Of a stretch of 62,686 bases of DNA, positions 25,697-35,617 are shown one piece after another. Every line of letters starts with the position of its first letter. Positions within the stretch are counted from its first letter, which is position 1. Origin of the DNA: an uncultured Bacteroidales bacterium. Lineage in GTDB: Bacteria; Bacteroidota; Bacteroidia; Bacteroidales; UBA4417. The stretch is from assembly GCA_903913645.1 (NCBI GenBank), contig CAIWMA010000182.1, positions 1 through 62,686 on the forward strand, read 5' to 3'. The notes below the pieces were generated by a model, which was not told where the DNA came from, made no database searches, and saw only the letters and a program-made list of their open reading frames with translations. Position numbers and translations under genes: made by a program.

Positions 25697-26845
25697 TTAA
25701 TCGCGAATCATAAATCGCGCAACTATCGGGAAATGATCAGAGTAGTCTTTATTAATTGTTTTATGTTCAATTGTTTGCAACGCTTTTGAGTGAAATATAT
25801 AATCGATCCTGAGCATGGGTAGCATTTGAGAATGTGTTTGTCCTAATCCTTTTCCTTCATCTACAAAAGTATCATCCAATTCATTGGCGATCTGCCTGTA
25901 ACTATACGAAACAGGAGTATCATTGAAATCACCGGTTAAAATAACAGGGTAAGGGGAATTTCTGATAAACTCTGCTACAACATCCGATTGAACAGCCCGT
26001 TTAATAAAAGCACGCTTCATTTTACCAAAGATTGCCAGGGAACCTTTCTTAATGTTTTCGTTACCTGCCGGCACAACGGTGATTTCATTCACAAAATCAT
26101 AGTCTTCTTTCCCGAATTTAACGGATTCAAAATGCAGGTTCATAATCCTGATGGTATCTTTCCCAATCATTACATCGCAGGATTGACAGAAATTAACTCT
26201 GCTGTTCGGGAATTCAAGTTTCTTAGTTGAAATAATAGGATACCTGCTGAAAATTGCCAGCCCGAAAGGAAGAGCGTTTGTTTTCTTATCAAAGAGTTCA
26301 ACATTCCTGTATTTGTATCCTGACTGCTGACTGATTGAATCGGCAAAATCAGCATGTTTTCCTGCACCGCTGTAATAATCCTGTATACAAAGAATATCAG
26401 GTGATTCAGAATGAATAAGGTTGAATATTTCCAACCTTGTTGTTTTCCCAGATTCGTTACGCCAGTTATATAAATCAAATAACCGCACATTATAACTCAT
26501 CACATTAATACTGTTTTCAAAGGATAATTTATGCTGAGCTCCAGTAAATTTGATGTAAGTTTTTAACTGGTTAAATCCTAACAGTATGGTAATGATCGAT
26601 AAAATGAAATATTTTTTCAGGAAAACAATCCAGAAAAGTACGAAAAAGAGGTTGCATAATAAAATCACAGGATAAGCAAGTCCGGCAAATGCCAATGGCC
26701 AGAATTTTACCGGTGAAATGTAAAGTGATAAATAAGATGACACAAGAAACACGATAAAGAAAAGATTCACAACTACCATAAGTTTGGTAGGCAGCGACAT
26801 TTTTCCATTTGTTTTTTTAGCCGGTTTCTTTTTCGTTGTTGCCAC
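25697..26845 (-). CDS. Membrane-anchored endonuclease/exonuclease/phosphatase (EEP) family protein
   Basis: N-terminal TM helices followed by an EEP fold (...MSYNVRLF..., LTGDFND, SDHFPIV). Confidence 0.8.
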   Translation of the reverse strand: MATTKKKPAKKTNGKMSLPTKLMVVVNLFFIVFLVSSYLSLYISPVKFWPLAFAGLAYPVILLCNLFFVLFWIVFLKKYFILSIITILLGFNQLKTYIKFTGAQHKLSFENSINVMSYNVRLFDLYNWRNESGKTTRLEIFNLIHSESPDILCIQDYYSGAGKHADFADSISQQSGYKYRNVELFDKKTNALPFGLAIFSRYPIISTKKLEFPNSRVNFCQSCDVMIGKDTIRIMNLHFESVKFGKEDYDFVNEITVVPAGNENIKKGSLAIFGKMKRAFIKRAVQSDVVAEFIRNSPYPVILTGDFNDTPVSYSYRQIANELDDTFVDEGKGLGQTHSQMLPMLRIDYIFHSKALQTIEHKTINKDYSDHFPIVARFMIRD

Positions 26846-26885
26846 CTTTTGGGGAACTGGTTTTATTTCAGATTAATAGGATGCT

Positions 26886-27803
26886 TTACGCGTTTTTACT
26901 GCTGTTAAAAAGAATTTCTTTTTCTTCAGACGAAAGGCTAGTATAACCACTTCGTGAAATTTTATCGAGGATATGATCGATTTTCTGCTGTTTTAACACT
27001 TTCTGTTTGTTGTATTCCTCATCTGTCAAAGGCCGTCCTTTACTGTGAACTGTGCGCAATGGTTTTCTGATGAAAGGACTGCTCAATATCGATCCTAATC
27101 GCAAAAGCCCAATTCGGCTGGCAATATCTTTCCGGATAAACAAAATAAATAATGCTCCTGAAATGGCACCTCCAATATGTGCAAAATGTCCGCCGGCATT
27201 GCCTGACCGTATCATCAGAATATCAAGAATTACAGTGAAGATGGCTATATACTTGATCTTAACTGGACCTACAAACATTAACTGAACTGTATAATCCGGA
27301 ACCAGCACTGCGGTGGCTATAGTTATTGCCAATACCGAAGCCGAAGCTCCTATGGTTGTGGCATTTTGTATGGAATTCTGGAAGAGTGGAAAAATATTAT
27401 AAGCTCCCATAAATGCCAGAGCGCCGGCAATGCCACCGATGAAATAAATTGTATAAATCTTCCGGCCTGGCATGAACTCCATAAATATTTTACCAAACCA
27501 GAAAAGCCAGATCAGATTAAAGAACAAGTGCCAAAAATCCTCCTGAACAAACATATATGTAATGATGGTCCAGGGTTTCAGTACCAGATTAGGAAATGAA
27601 GCCGGTACGCCAATCCAGTCGATAGCAACATTAAGAAACATCAGGTCGCCTTGAGTGCCAGGTGGTTGTGAAAGCGCTCCAGCTAGTTTGACAAGCTGGA
27701 TTAGAAACCAAATCATAACATTTGCAATAATAAGTTGCGAAAGAGCAGGCTTCATCTGAACCATGCTCCTTAATCGTTCGCCTGCTGACTGATTGTAATT
27801 CAT
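26886..27803 (-). CDS. Rhomboid-family intramembrane serine protease
   Basis: 305 aa. TM core with GASASV (GxSx) and HIGGAISG motifs. Extra soluble C-terminal tail. Confidence 0.85.
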   Translation of the reverse strand: MNYNQSAGERLRSMVQMKPALSQLIIANVMIWFLIQLVKLAGALSQPPGTQGDLMFLNVAIDWIGVPASFPNLVLKPWTIITYMFVQEDFWHLFFNLIWLFWFGKIFMEFMPGRKIYTIYFIGGIAGALAFMGAYNIFPLFQNSIQNATTIGASASVLAITIATAVLVPDYTVQLMFVGPVKIKYIAIFTVILDILMIRSGNAGGHFAHIGGAISGALFILFIRKDIASRIGLLRLGSILSSPFIRKPLRTVHSKGRPLTDEEYNKQKVLKQQKIDHILDKISRSGYTSLSSEEKEILFNSSKNA

Positions 27804-27886
27804 TATTTTATGAAATTCTGTTTCTAATATTCATTTCCTGATATTCAGGAAATAGCAATCTAATGTAAGCAAAAATAAGGCTCTGC

Positions 27887-28657
27887 CTATTGCAAATAAT
27901 CGTTATGATGTTTATTCGGGTACTTTTTCCAATACATGATCAGAAAAAAGCCAAAAATCATTCCACCCAGATGAGCAAAGTGAGCAACATCGCTTCCTGT
28001 GTTATAAACTCCGGAAAATAACTCAATAGCACCATAAATGATAACAAACCACTTGGCTTTAATCGGAATGAAAAAATACAGGTATATGAGTGAATTAGGG
28101 AATAGCATACCAAAAGCCAACAGCAATCCAAAAACTGCCCCTGAAGCGCCAATGGTCGAACTATTATATAATTCATTAAGCTTTGCCATCAAAGGATCTC
28201 CAAAGTTCTGATTATTCTGCAATACCTGGAAACCTGTTTCGCGCACCTGGTCAATAAGGTCTGGGGTTAAGCTCATTTCGACATTTCGCACCTGGATATA
28301 TATTACTAATATTTGTATGAGCGCTGCGCCTATACCTGTGATCATATAATAAATCAGGAACTTCTTTGGACCCCATACTTGCTCCAGAACACTGCCAAAC
28401 ATCCATAATGCAAACATATTAAAGAGTATGTGAGAAAAATCATGGGGATTATGCATGAACATGTATGAAACAAATTGGTACGTTGCAAAGTGCGGAGAAG
28501 CAAAGTAATGCAAACCGAGGTAATCCGTAAGGTCTATTCGCATTGTGTTTCCAAGCACTAGAGTAGCAACGTAGAATAGCGCGTTGATAATCAGTAAATT
28601 TTTAACAACCGGTGGTAAAAATCCGAAGCCGGTAGGACTGTATCTTTGGTTACTCAT
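27887..28657 (-). CDS. Rhomboid-family intramembrane serine protease
   Basis: 256 aa. HxxxN (HILFNMFALW), GASGAVFG, HLGGMIFG motifs. Confidence 0.85.
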   Translation of the reverse strand: MSNQRYSPTGFGFLPPVVKNLLIINALFYVATLVLGNTMRIDLTDYLGLHYFASPHFATYQFVSYMFMHNPHDFSHILFNMFALWMFGSVLEQVWGPKKFLIYYMITGIGAALIQILVIYIQVRNVEMSLTPDLIDQVRETGFQVLQNNQNFGDPLMAKLNELYNSSTIGASGAVFGLLLAFGMLFPNSLIYLYFFIPIKAKWFVIIYGAIELFSGVYNTGSDVAHFAHLGGMIFGFFLIMYWKKYPNKHHNDYLQ

Positions 28658-28728
28658 ATTTCTACTCTTTTTTCTAATTAATTCAATCTAAACTATTTAA
28701 CTATTTTCAATTAACCTTTAACTTTATT

Positions 28729-30591
28729 CTACCGGCCAATTAACTTATCAATTTCATTCACCTGTATAATCCTGAGAACTCTGCTTCCATCAGGTGCAAC
28801 ATCCGGAACCTGGCAGGCAAACAGCTCATCAATTAATTGTTGCATTTCTTCTATTTTCAATACCTGGGTTGTCTTCACAGCCAGATTGCCTGCAATTATC
28901 CTAGCCAGTTTAATCCGTTGATCATCAGGTGAATCTGTGCGATCTTTTTTATAATCTTCCAGTAAACCATCAATAAAGTCAATAATTTCACCTGATGGCA
29001 TATTCGAAGGTACGGTATTTATTACAAAGGTTCCACCTCCCATAGCCGAAATCTCGAAACCAAGGCTATCCAGGTTATCGGTTAATTCATTTATAACTTC
29101 TGAATCAACAGCCGATAACTGAATAGTTTGTGGAAAAAGAACTCTTTGCCTCGTAACGGCTTGCCCTTCCGCATTTGAACTTATTTTTTCAAATATAATA
29201 CGCTCATTAGCTTTTTGCTGATCAACAATCAATAGCCCTGATTTAACATTAGCTACAATAAAACGATTTTGAACCTGAAAAAGTTTATTTGCGGCAAAAA
29301 GACTATTTTCAGAACTACCTGCCTGTTCGTTTTCAGGTTGCTGTGCCGGGATTAAGATGAAATCATTACTATTTTCCTGCTCGTGCTGAACAGACGGCTG
29401 ATTCGCAATTCCTTCATACATCTTTTCCCATCCTGCATGATTAGGGGTCATGCCGGCATTGGCTTTCAGGAAATTTTGAGGCTGCTTCCTGAAAGGATTA
29501 TAATCAGGATTTATAGTTATAGTAGGCGCTTTGGGTTCATAACCCTTTGGTGCATGGAAATCAAAAGTTGGTTCGGTATCAAAATCGATAGTTGGACTCA
29601 GGCTGAACATTCCAAGGGCATGCTTCACTGAAGTGCGTATGGAAGCATACAAAAGCTGGCCATTCTGGAAATTAACTTCCGTTTTTGTAGGATGAATATT
29701 GATATCAATAGTGGATGGATCAACTTCAATATAAAGAAAGTAGGAGGGAATAGCTGAATCGGGAATAAGCTCTTCAAATGCCTGTTCCACGGCATGATGA
29801 AGATATGGATGCTTGATAAACCTGCCATTAGCGAAAAAATATTGTTCGCCGCGGGTTTTTCGTGCAGTTTCCGGTTTCCCGATATAACCAATAACTGAAA
29901 CAAGTTCTGTTTTGGCTTCGACGGGTAAAAGTTTCTCGTTGATCTGGTTGCCAAAAATATGAACAATCCTTTGCCTCAGGTTTCCTTTCGAGAGTTGAAA
30001 AACGGGCTTATCGTTGTTAAACAACGAAAACTCGATATCAGGATGAACCAATGCAACACGCTGAAATTCTTCAAGAATGTGACGAAACTCAACAGTGTCG
30101 GACTTCAGGAAATACCGCCGGGCAGGAATGTTATAAAAAAGATTTTTAACTATGAATGTTGTTCCTTGCTGGCAGGCTATGGGTTCCTGGCTTTTAACCT
30201 TCGATCCCTCGATTATAATACTGGTACCAACTTCTTCGTCAACTTTACGTGTTTTCAGTTCCACCTGCGCGATGGCAGCAATCGAAGCCAGCGCTTCACC
30301 CCTGAATCCCAGCGTCCGGATTGAAAACAAGTCGTTGGCTTCCCGTATTTTTGAGGTTGCATGGCGCTCAAAACACATCCTGGCATCCGTTTCCGACATG
30401 CCGGAACCATTGTCAATCACCTGAATAAGAGTTTTGCCGGCATCTTTGACCAGCAGTTTTATTTGAGTTGCACCAGCATCAACAGCATTTTCGAGTAATT
30501 CCTTTACTGCCGAAGCCGGGCGTTGTATTACCTCGCCGGCAGCAATCTGATTAGCAACAGAATCTGGAAGTAGCCTTATCAGATCTGACAT
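28729..30591 (-). CDS. mutL: DNA mismatch repair protein MutL
   Basis: 620 aa. GHKL ATPase motifs IAAGEVI, DNGSGM, LGFRGEAL. C-terminal dimerisation domain. Confidence 0.95.
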   Translation of the reverse strand: MSDLIRLLPDSVANQIAAGEVIQRPASAVKELLENAVDAGATQIKLLVKDAGKTLIQVIDNGSGMSETDARMCFERHATSKIREANDLFSIRTLGFRGEALASIAAIAQVELKTRKVDEEVGTSIIIEGSKVKSQEPIACQQGTTFIVKNLFYNIPARRYFLKSDTVEFRHILEEFQRVALVHPDIEFSLFNNDKPVFQLSKGNLRQRIVHIFGNQINEKLLPVEAKTELVSVIGYIGKPETARKTRGEQYFFANGRFIKHPYLHHAVEQAFEELIPDSAIPSYFLYIEVDPSTIDINIHPTKTEVNFQNGQLLYASIRTSVKHALGMFSLSPTIDFDTEPTFDFHAPKGYEPKAPTITINPDYNPFRKQPQNFLKANAGMTPNHAGWEKMYEGIANQPSVQHEQENSNDFILIPAQQPENEQAGSSENSLFAANKLFQVQNRFIVANVKSGLLIVDQQKANERIIFEKISSNAEGQAVTRQRVLFPQTIQLSAVDSEVINELTDNLDSLGFEISAMGGGTFVINTVPSNMPSGEIIDFIDGLLEDYKKDRTDSPDDQRIKLARIIAGNLAVKTTQVLKIEEMQQLIDELFACQVPDVAPDGSRVLRIIQVNEIDKLIGR

Positions 30592-30658
30592 AGTTGTAAT
30601 TTATTGGTAATGAGTAAAATAAAAGTGAAAAAGCTGTAAAATACCATCAGGTCTGAAA

Positions 30659-30940
30659 TTAAAAGAAGATATAATAAAGAATTGACAGCAACAGAATAAA
30701 TGTGATTAGAATACCCATCGCCCGCGAACGCTTACGAATACTTTCATTCAGTTTTTTCCTCTTCATATGCAATTGCATGCGCATGCGTAATTCACTCCCA
30801 ACCTGGTTATCACTGAATCCCGATTCCTTAAACCTGTTATCCCGGTCATCTTTTACAGGGTCATAATAGACTGGTTTGTCTGAATATATTCTTTGTTTCG
30901 GCGTTCGTATTCCTATCAGCTTCATATATTTACCATTCAA
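30659..30940 (-). CDS. Hypothetical small protein with C-terminal TM anchor
   Basis: 93-aa ORF (an alternative start MKLIG gives 88 aa). Basic N-terminus and one C-terminal TM helix. No family recognised. Confidence 0.4.
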   Translation of the reverse strand: MNGKYMKLIGIRTPKQRIYSDKPVYYDPVKDDRDNRFKESGFSDNQVGSELRMRMQLHMKRKKLNESIRKRSRAMGILITFILLLSILYYIFF

Positions 30941-31026
30941 TTTTCAAGATCGGAATCCTTGAAATACCTGTTGCAAAAGTACCTCAAAAATGTCATACTT
31001 TTGCATGTTATCAATGCTTTTTAGAA

Positions 31027-31443
31027 ATGCTTTTAAAAATAACTGCATTGAAGAATCCGGATATGACAATGACAGCAGATAATCTTGAAAACCTTATTGT
31101 GGTTGGTGATAAGGTACTTATAAAACCGCTTTCTTCAAAAAGCAAAACCAAAAGCGGCTTGTTTTTGCCACCCGGTTATTCAGAAAAAGAAGAAATTCAA
31201 CACGGCTATGTTGTAAAAGTAGGACCGGGAATTCCTATTCCTTTCATTAATGACGATGACAGCGAACCCTGGAAACCTAAGAAGGACGATAGGGTCAGGT
31301 ATATTCCGCTGCAGCCGGTAGTTGGTGACCTGGCTATCTTCCTGTTGAAAGGTTCAGTCGAAATAATTTATAGTGATCAGAAATACCTTATTGTTCCACA
31401 ATATTCGATTCTTCTACTCGAAAGGGATAAATCAGCGCTTTAA
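31027..31443 (+). CDS. GroES-like (Cpn10 fold) protein, not linked to groEL
   Basis: IVVGDKVLIKP...KSGLFLPPG...GYVVKVGPG resembles the Cpn10 mobile-loop/beta-barrel pattern. The start is uncertain (M1, M13 or M15). Confidence 0.55.
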   Translation: MLLKITALKNPDMTMTADNLENLIVVGDKVLIKPLSSKSKTKSGLFLPPGYSEKEEIQHGYVVKVGPGIPIPFINDDDSEPWKPKKDDRVRYIPLQPVVGDLAIFLLKGSVEIIYSDQKYLIVPQYSILLLERDKSAL

Positions 31444-31467
31444 CTGTGAAGTAATTGATTTAAAAGC

Positions 31468-31501
31468 AAAAAGTCCTCACCCGAAAGTAAGGACTTTTTT
31501 T
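31468..31501. terminator. Intrinsic terminator between convergent genes
   Basis: AAAAGTCCT 31469-31477 / AGGACTTTT 31490-31498, followed by a T-run. Confidence 0.65.
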
Positions 31502-31529
31502 ATGCAATTTCTTCTCTGAAGTGGAAGTT

Positions 31530-32057
31530 TTATTTTTTAATAAAAACAACCTGGCGGTTTGATGCAAAATATACTGCTCCGAAAAGTGCTGAAGTATAGA
31601 AAAGATCACCGGCAATTCCGTTTAGAAGGAATGGTAAGCCTGCAATATACGATTCGATAAGACCTGCAGCATTCAAAGGATAAGGCATAAGGCCGGAAGT
31701 CCAGCTTGCGAAATTAGTAACCAGATAAAACAAAACGGATGCGCCTAATGATGCTGAAAGTGTATTCACTACTGTAAGCCTGCGTTGAAGTATCAATCCA
31801 AAACCAACTATTGCAATGAAACTCAGATACACAGGAAGCATGGTTGAATGAAATCCAATAACAAGATCACTTAGTAACATGGCAGCAACCGGTACCAAAA
31901 AAGCCAGATCCTTTCTTTTCAAAAAAGTACCGCCAAACAATGCTATTGCTGCAATAGGAGTAAAATTGGGCCAGTGAGGAATAAGCCTCATCATAGCCCC
32001 GGCAAATATCATTATCAGAACCACGTACAATTTTGGTGAAAGTTCAATTTTTTTCAT
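31530..32057 (-). CDS. DUF6580-like small polytopic membrane (putative transport) protein
   Basis: 175 aa. RLIPHWPNFTPIAAIALFGGTF signature as I remember it for this family. 5-6 TM helices. Confidence 0.55.
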   Translation of the reverse strand: MKKIELSPKLYVVLIMIFAGAMMRLIPHWPNFTPIAAIALFGGTFLKRKDLAFLVPVAAMLLSDLVIGFHSTMLPVYLSFIAIVGFGLILQRRLTVVNTLSASLGASVLFYLVTNFASWTSGLMPYPLNAAGLIESYIAGLPFLLNGIAGDLFYTSALFGAVYFASNRQVVFIKK

Positions 32058-32340
32058 AATTTAACCTGTTACTGTATTTCAATTGGCAAAAGTAGCAAAA
32101 AGCATTTGAATTCTATATTCTTAACAGACTACTAATTAACAATTTATTGTGTAAAAAGTTTCTGATAAGATATGTAGTTTAATATCAGTAATTTATGAAT
32201 TGAATATTTACTTTGAACCGATAAATAGCCTGAATGTAATTATCCGGAAGTATTAAGCGAAATCTTTAACTATTTGCACCTGGCGATATTGGAAAGTAAA
32301 TATTACTTTTACCTGTAATTCTTATTCAGCAAACCAAACT

Positions 32341-33990
32341 ATGAAAAATATAGGTAAACCATTGATTTTTATTTTATTAATATCGATACCTATGGGTTTA
32401 CTATCATGTCATGATATGAAAAAAAAAGCCGACCTGATTATTTTTAATGCCAATATATATGCACCTGACAGTGTGGGAAAGGGCGTAAATTGTATAGCTG
32501 TTAAAAAAGGTATTATTATAGGTATAGGAACTGATGCAGACATCAGGAGTCGCTATTGGGCTCCTAAAAACGTTAATGCAAAAGGTGCATTTGTTTTTCC
32601 TGGTTTTACAGATGCCCATTCTCATTTTACAGGATTAGCATTAGGCTTAAGGTACGCTGATCTAACCCAGGCGCATTCATTCGACGAAGTAATAGCTATA
32701 TTGCAGGGATACAGAAAATTACATCCGGAAGGATGGATTGTCGGACGAGGCTGGGACCAGAATAACTGGCCTGGAAAGGCATTTCCCGATAACAAACTTC
32801 TCAACAAAGTGTTCCCAGGTATTCCGGTTATTCTTACCAGGGTTGACGGCCATGCCGTGCTTGCCAGCGCAGCTGCGATTAAATCAGCCGGAATAGTTTT
32901 ACCTGTTAAAAAAGGAGAAGCACTGATTCAAAATGGAGAATTTACCGGAATTTTCCTTGAAGAAATGGCCGATAGATTACGGAGTTCAATTCCTTTGCCT
33001 ACAGTGAGTCAGATAACTGATTTGTTGGTAACCGCGACCAGGCTGTGCCATGAGGCCGGATTAACAGCGGTAACGGATGCAGGACTTAATAAATCAGAAA
33101 TTCTTTTGATTGACTCTTTGCAGAAAGCCGGTAAGATTACGTTGCGTATTGATGCATGGCTAAGTCCGACGAAGGAGAACTTCGATTATTTCATGAAGGA
33201 TACAATTTATCATACGCCGTTTTTAAGAGTTGGTGCTGTTAAAATGTATGCGGATGGAGCATTGGGATCGCGGGGAGCCTGCCTGCTAAATCCATACCTT
33301 GATGAACCTGACAACCATGGAATACTGGTTACCTCACCTGATGCTTTGGCAGTTGTTTGCGAACTTGCCTATAAAAATGGATTTCAGATAAATACACATG
33401 CCATCGGCGATTCAGCTGTAAGAATGGTTTTACATGAATATTCTAAATTCCTGAAACCGGGTGATGATCGCCGCTGGAGGATTGAACATGCCCAGGTTGT
33501 TAATGAAAATGATTTCGCATTGTTTGCAAAATATCATATCATACCATCGGTTCAAGCTACTCATGCAACTTCTGACATGGATTGGGCAGGCCAGAGGATT
33601 GGTTACGCCAGGCTTAAGAATGCATATGCTTATAATCGCCTTCTCCAGCAGAATGGATGGCTTCCTAACGGAACAGATTTTCCCGTTGAAGGCATTGAAC
33701 CTATTAAAACATTTTATGCCGCTGTTGCCCGCAAAGATGCAGATGGTGAACCTGAAGATGGTTTTATGATGGATAATGCCCTCTCCCGCATCGATGCTCT
33801 GAAGAGTATGACGATTTGGGCAGCAAAATCCTGTTTTGAGGAAAAAAGAAGAGGTAGTGTCGAAGTTGGTAAAGTAGCAGATTTTACTGTACTGGATACC
33901 GATATTATTAACGCACCTGAACGTAAAATACTGATGTCAAAAGTATTGTATACAATTGTTGATGGGAAAATAGTTTATAAAGCCCGATAA
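32341..33990 (+). CDS. Amidohydrolase-family metal-dependent hydrolase (YtcJ-like), lipoprotein
   Basis: 549 aa. Lipobox LLSC. FTDAHSH metal motif, NTHAIGD, IEHAQ. Confidence 0.85.
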   Translation: MKNIGKPLIFILLISIPMGLLSCHDMKKKADLIIFNANIYAPDSVGKGVNCIAVKKGIIIGIGTDADIRSRYWAPKNVNAKGAFVFPGFTDAHSHFTGLALGLRYADLTQAHSFDEVIAILQGYRKLHPEGWIVGRGWDQNNWPGKAFPDNKLLNKVFPGIPVILTRVDGHAVLASAAAIKSAGIVLPVKKGEALIQNGEFTGIFLEEMADRLRSSIPLPTVSQITDLLVTATRLCHEAGLTAVTDAGLNKSEILLIDSLQKAGKITLRIDAWLSPTKENFDYFMKDTIYHTPFLRVGAVKMYADGALGSRGACLLNPYLDEPDNHGILVTSPDALAVVCELAYKNGFQINTHAIGDSAVRMVLHEYSKFLKPGDDRRWRIEHAQVVNENDFALFAKYHIIPSVQATHATSDMDWAGQRIGYARLKNAYAYNRLLQQNGWLPNGTDFPVEGIEPIKTFYAAVARKDADGEPEDGFMMDNALSRIDALKSMTIWAAKSCFEEKRRGSVEVGKVADFTVLDTDIINAPERKILMSKVLYTIVDGKIVYKAR

Positions 33991-34017
33991 CTTTTATTCA
34001 CGGTATTTGTTTCTTCT

Positions 34018-34082
34018 TAATTCACAATTCACAAATCGGAAATAGTTAATAGCAAATAGTTGACAGGTTGTAAATCGTCAAT
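34018..34082. repeat. Heptad-phased microrepeat array
   Basis: AATTCAC AATTCAC AAATCGG AAATAGT TAATAGC AAATAGT TGACAGG TTGTAAA TCGTCAA. It lies in the gap between the amidohydrolase stop and the OsmC start. Confidence 0.7.
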
Positions 34083-34101
34083 CAAAAAACGCAAATAAAT
34101 T

Positions 34102-34518
34102 ATGGCACAACAAGCAGTAGTAACCTGGCAGAGCAATATGGCTTTCGAAGCCTCGATAAACGGGCATCAGATTCTTATGGATGTAGATACTTCAAATGGC
34201 GGACAAGATCTCGGCCCAAGGCCTAAGATTCTCCTGTTAGCTGGTTTGGGAGGTTGTACCGGGATGGATGTTGTTTCCATACTTGCAAAAATGAAAATCG
34301 TACCGGATAAATTCTGGATGGAGATTTCTGCGGAAATGACTGCCGAGCACCCGAAAGTATATAACCAGATAAAACTGGTGTATTGTTTTCAGGGAAATGA
34401 TCTTCCTTTTGATAAACTGGAAAAAGCTGTAAATCTTTCGAAAGAAAAATACTGTGGAGTTTCCGCTATGTTGACCAAAACGGCTGAGATGATTATCGAA
34501 ATAAAAATAGTTGATTAG
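34102..34518 (+). CDS. OsmC/Ohr-family peroxiredoxin-like protein
   Basis: 138 aa. GLGGCTGMDV and EKYCGVS Cys motifs. Confidence 0.85.
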   Translation: MAQQAVVTWQSNMAFEASINGHQILMDVDTSNGGQDLGPRPKILLLAGLGGCTGMDVVSILAKMKIVPDKFWMEISAEMTAEHPKVYNQIKLVYCFQGNDLPFDKLEKAVNLSKEKYCGVSAMLTKTAEMIIEIKIVD

Positions 34519-35201
34519 TCAGTCTGAGTGTTTGTTGGTTTTTCGGCCACGTTTTTTAGAACGTGGATCAATTCGCTGAATATCATTGCAGTAGCCCCCC
34601 ACATAAATTCACCTCCAATTTCAAAACCTGGGGCATTTAGTTGCATGTTATTTTTAAATGTGATGGTTTTATATACCAACGTTTCAAAGCTAATCTCTTT
34701 GAAAATATCAATTTCAATAATCCGCTGAACTTCTGTTGCATCCGGATGAAAATCAGGGCGTTGAGAACAATAAGCTATAAAGGGATAAATCACGAAATTA
34801 CTGGGTCTGACATAAAACCGGCTAAGCTGGCCAATCACTTCCATGGTGGAGGGAATAATTCCGATTTCTTCTTCAGCCTCGCGCATGGCAGTATGTTCGA
34901 AATTAATATCCGATTCCTCTGTTTTTCCGCCAGGCAAACTTATCTGGCCTGAATGAGCGCCTTCATATTCATTTCTCAGGATAACCGCTGTATACAACCT
35001 TTTTTTATACGGATACAAAATAATGAGGACTGCACTTTCTAATGCATGATCGGGAGTTACACCTATTTTAAGATCGTTTGCTCTCATTTCGGGCGCAAGC
35101 CTAACATGAGCATCAACTCCCGGAAGATCTGATAGAAGTTCAGCTTTCAACCTTCTGAAAAAATCTTTAGTATTAGCTTCTGAAGAAAATATATAGTTCA
35201 T
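34515..35201 (-). CDS. NUDIX hydrolase (CoA pyrophosphatase-like)
   Basis: Nudix box LPGGKTEESDINFEHTAMREAEEEIGI. I prefer the start MNYIFSS (ATG at 35201). Confidence 0.75.
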   Translation of the reverse strand: MNYIFSSEANTKDFFRRLKAELLSDLPGVDAHVRLAPEMRANDLKIGVTPDHALESAVLIILYPYKKRLYTAVILRNEYEGAHSGQISLPGGKTEESDINFEHTAMREAEEEIGIIPSTMEVIGQLSRFYVRPSNFVIYPFIAYCSQRPDFHPDATEVQRIIEIDIFKEISFETLVYKTITFKNNMQLNAPGFEIGGEFMWGATAMIFSELIHVLKNVAEKPTNTQTD

Positions 35202-35328
35202 CCTGAAATAATAATAATGATGCAAATTAAACCTAAAAAGCGATGAAATTGTTTAGTCTGAAAAATAAATCCGGATGTGGAATATTTATTTTTAGGGATG
35301 TAGTATCTTTGCACCAATAGCCATTGTC

Positions 35329-35601
35329 ATGAAAAAGCAGCAAACAAAGCCTATAGACTCAACTTCCGAATTATTGGCCAGCAGAAATGAACTCATCCTT
35401 TTTAATGATGATGTAAATTCATTTGATTTTGTGATCGAAAGCCTTGTCGAGGTGTGTGATCATGATATGGCACAGGCTGAACAATGTGCATTGATCGCGC
35501 ATTTCAAAGGGAAATGTGGCATTAAATCAGGCACTTTTACAGAGTTGACTCCAATGAATAATGAACTTAATAACAGGGGATTATCCACTGTTTTAGCTTA
35601 A
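35329..35601 (+). CDS. clpS: ATP-dependent Clp protease adaptor ClpS
   Basis: 90 aa. ILFNDDVNSFDFVIESLVEVCDHDMAQAEQCALIAHFKG. Confidence 0.9.
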   Translation: MKKQQTKPIDSTSELLASRNELILFNDDVNSFDFVIESLVEVCDHDMAQAEQCALIAHFKGKCGIKSGTFTELTPMNNELNNRGLSTVLA

Positions 35602-35617
35602 TTTTTTACGTATTTCT

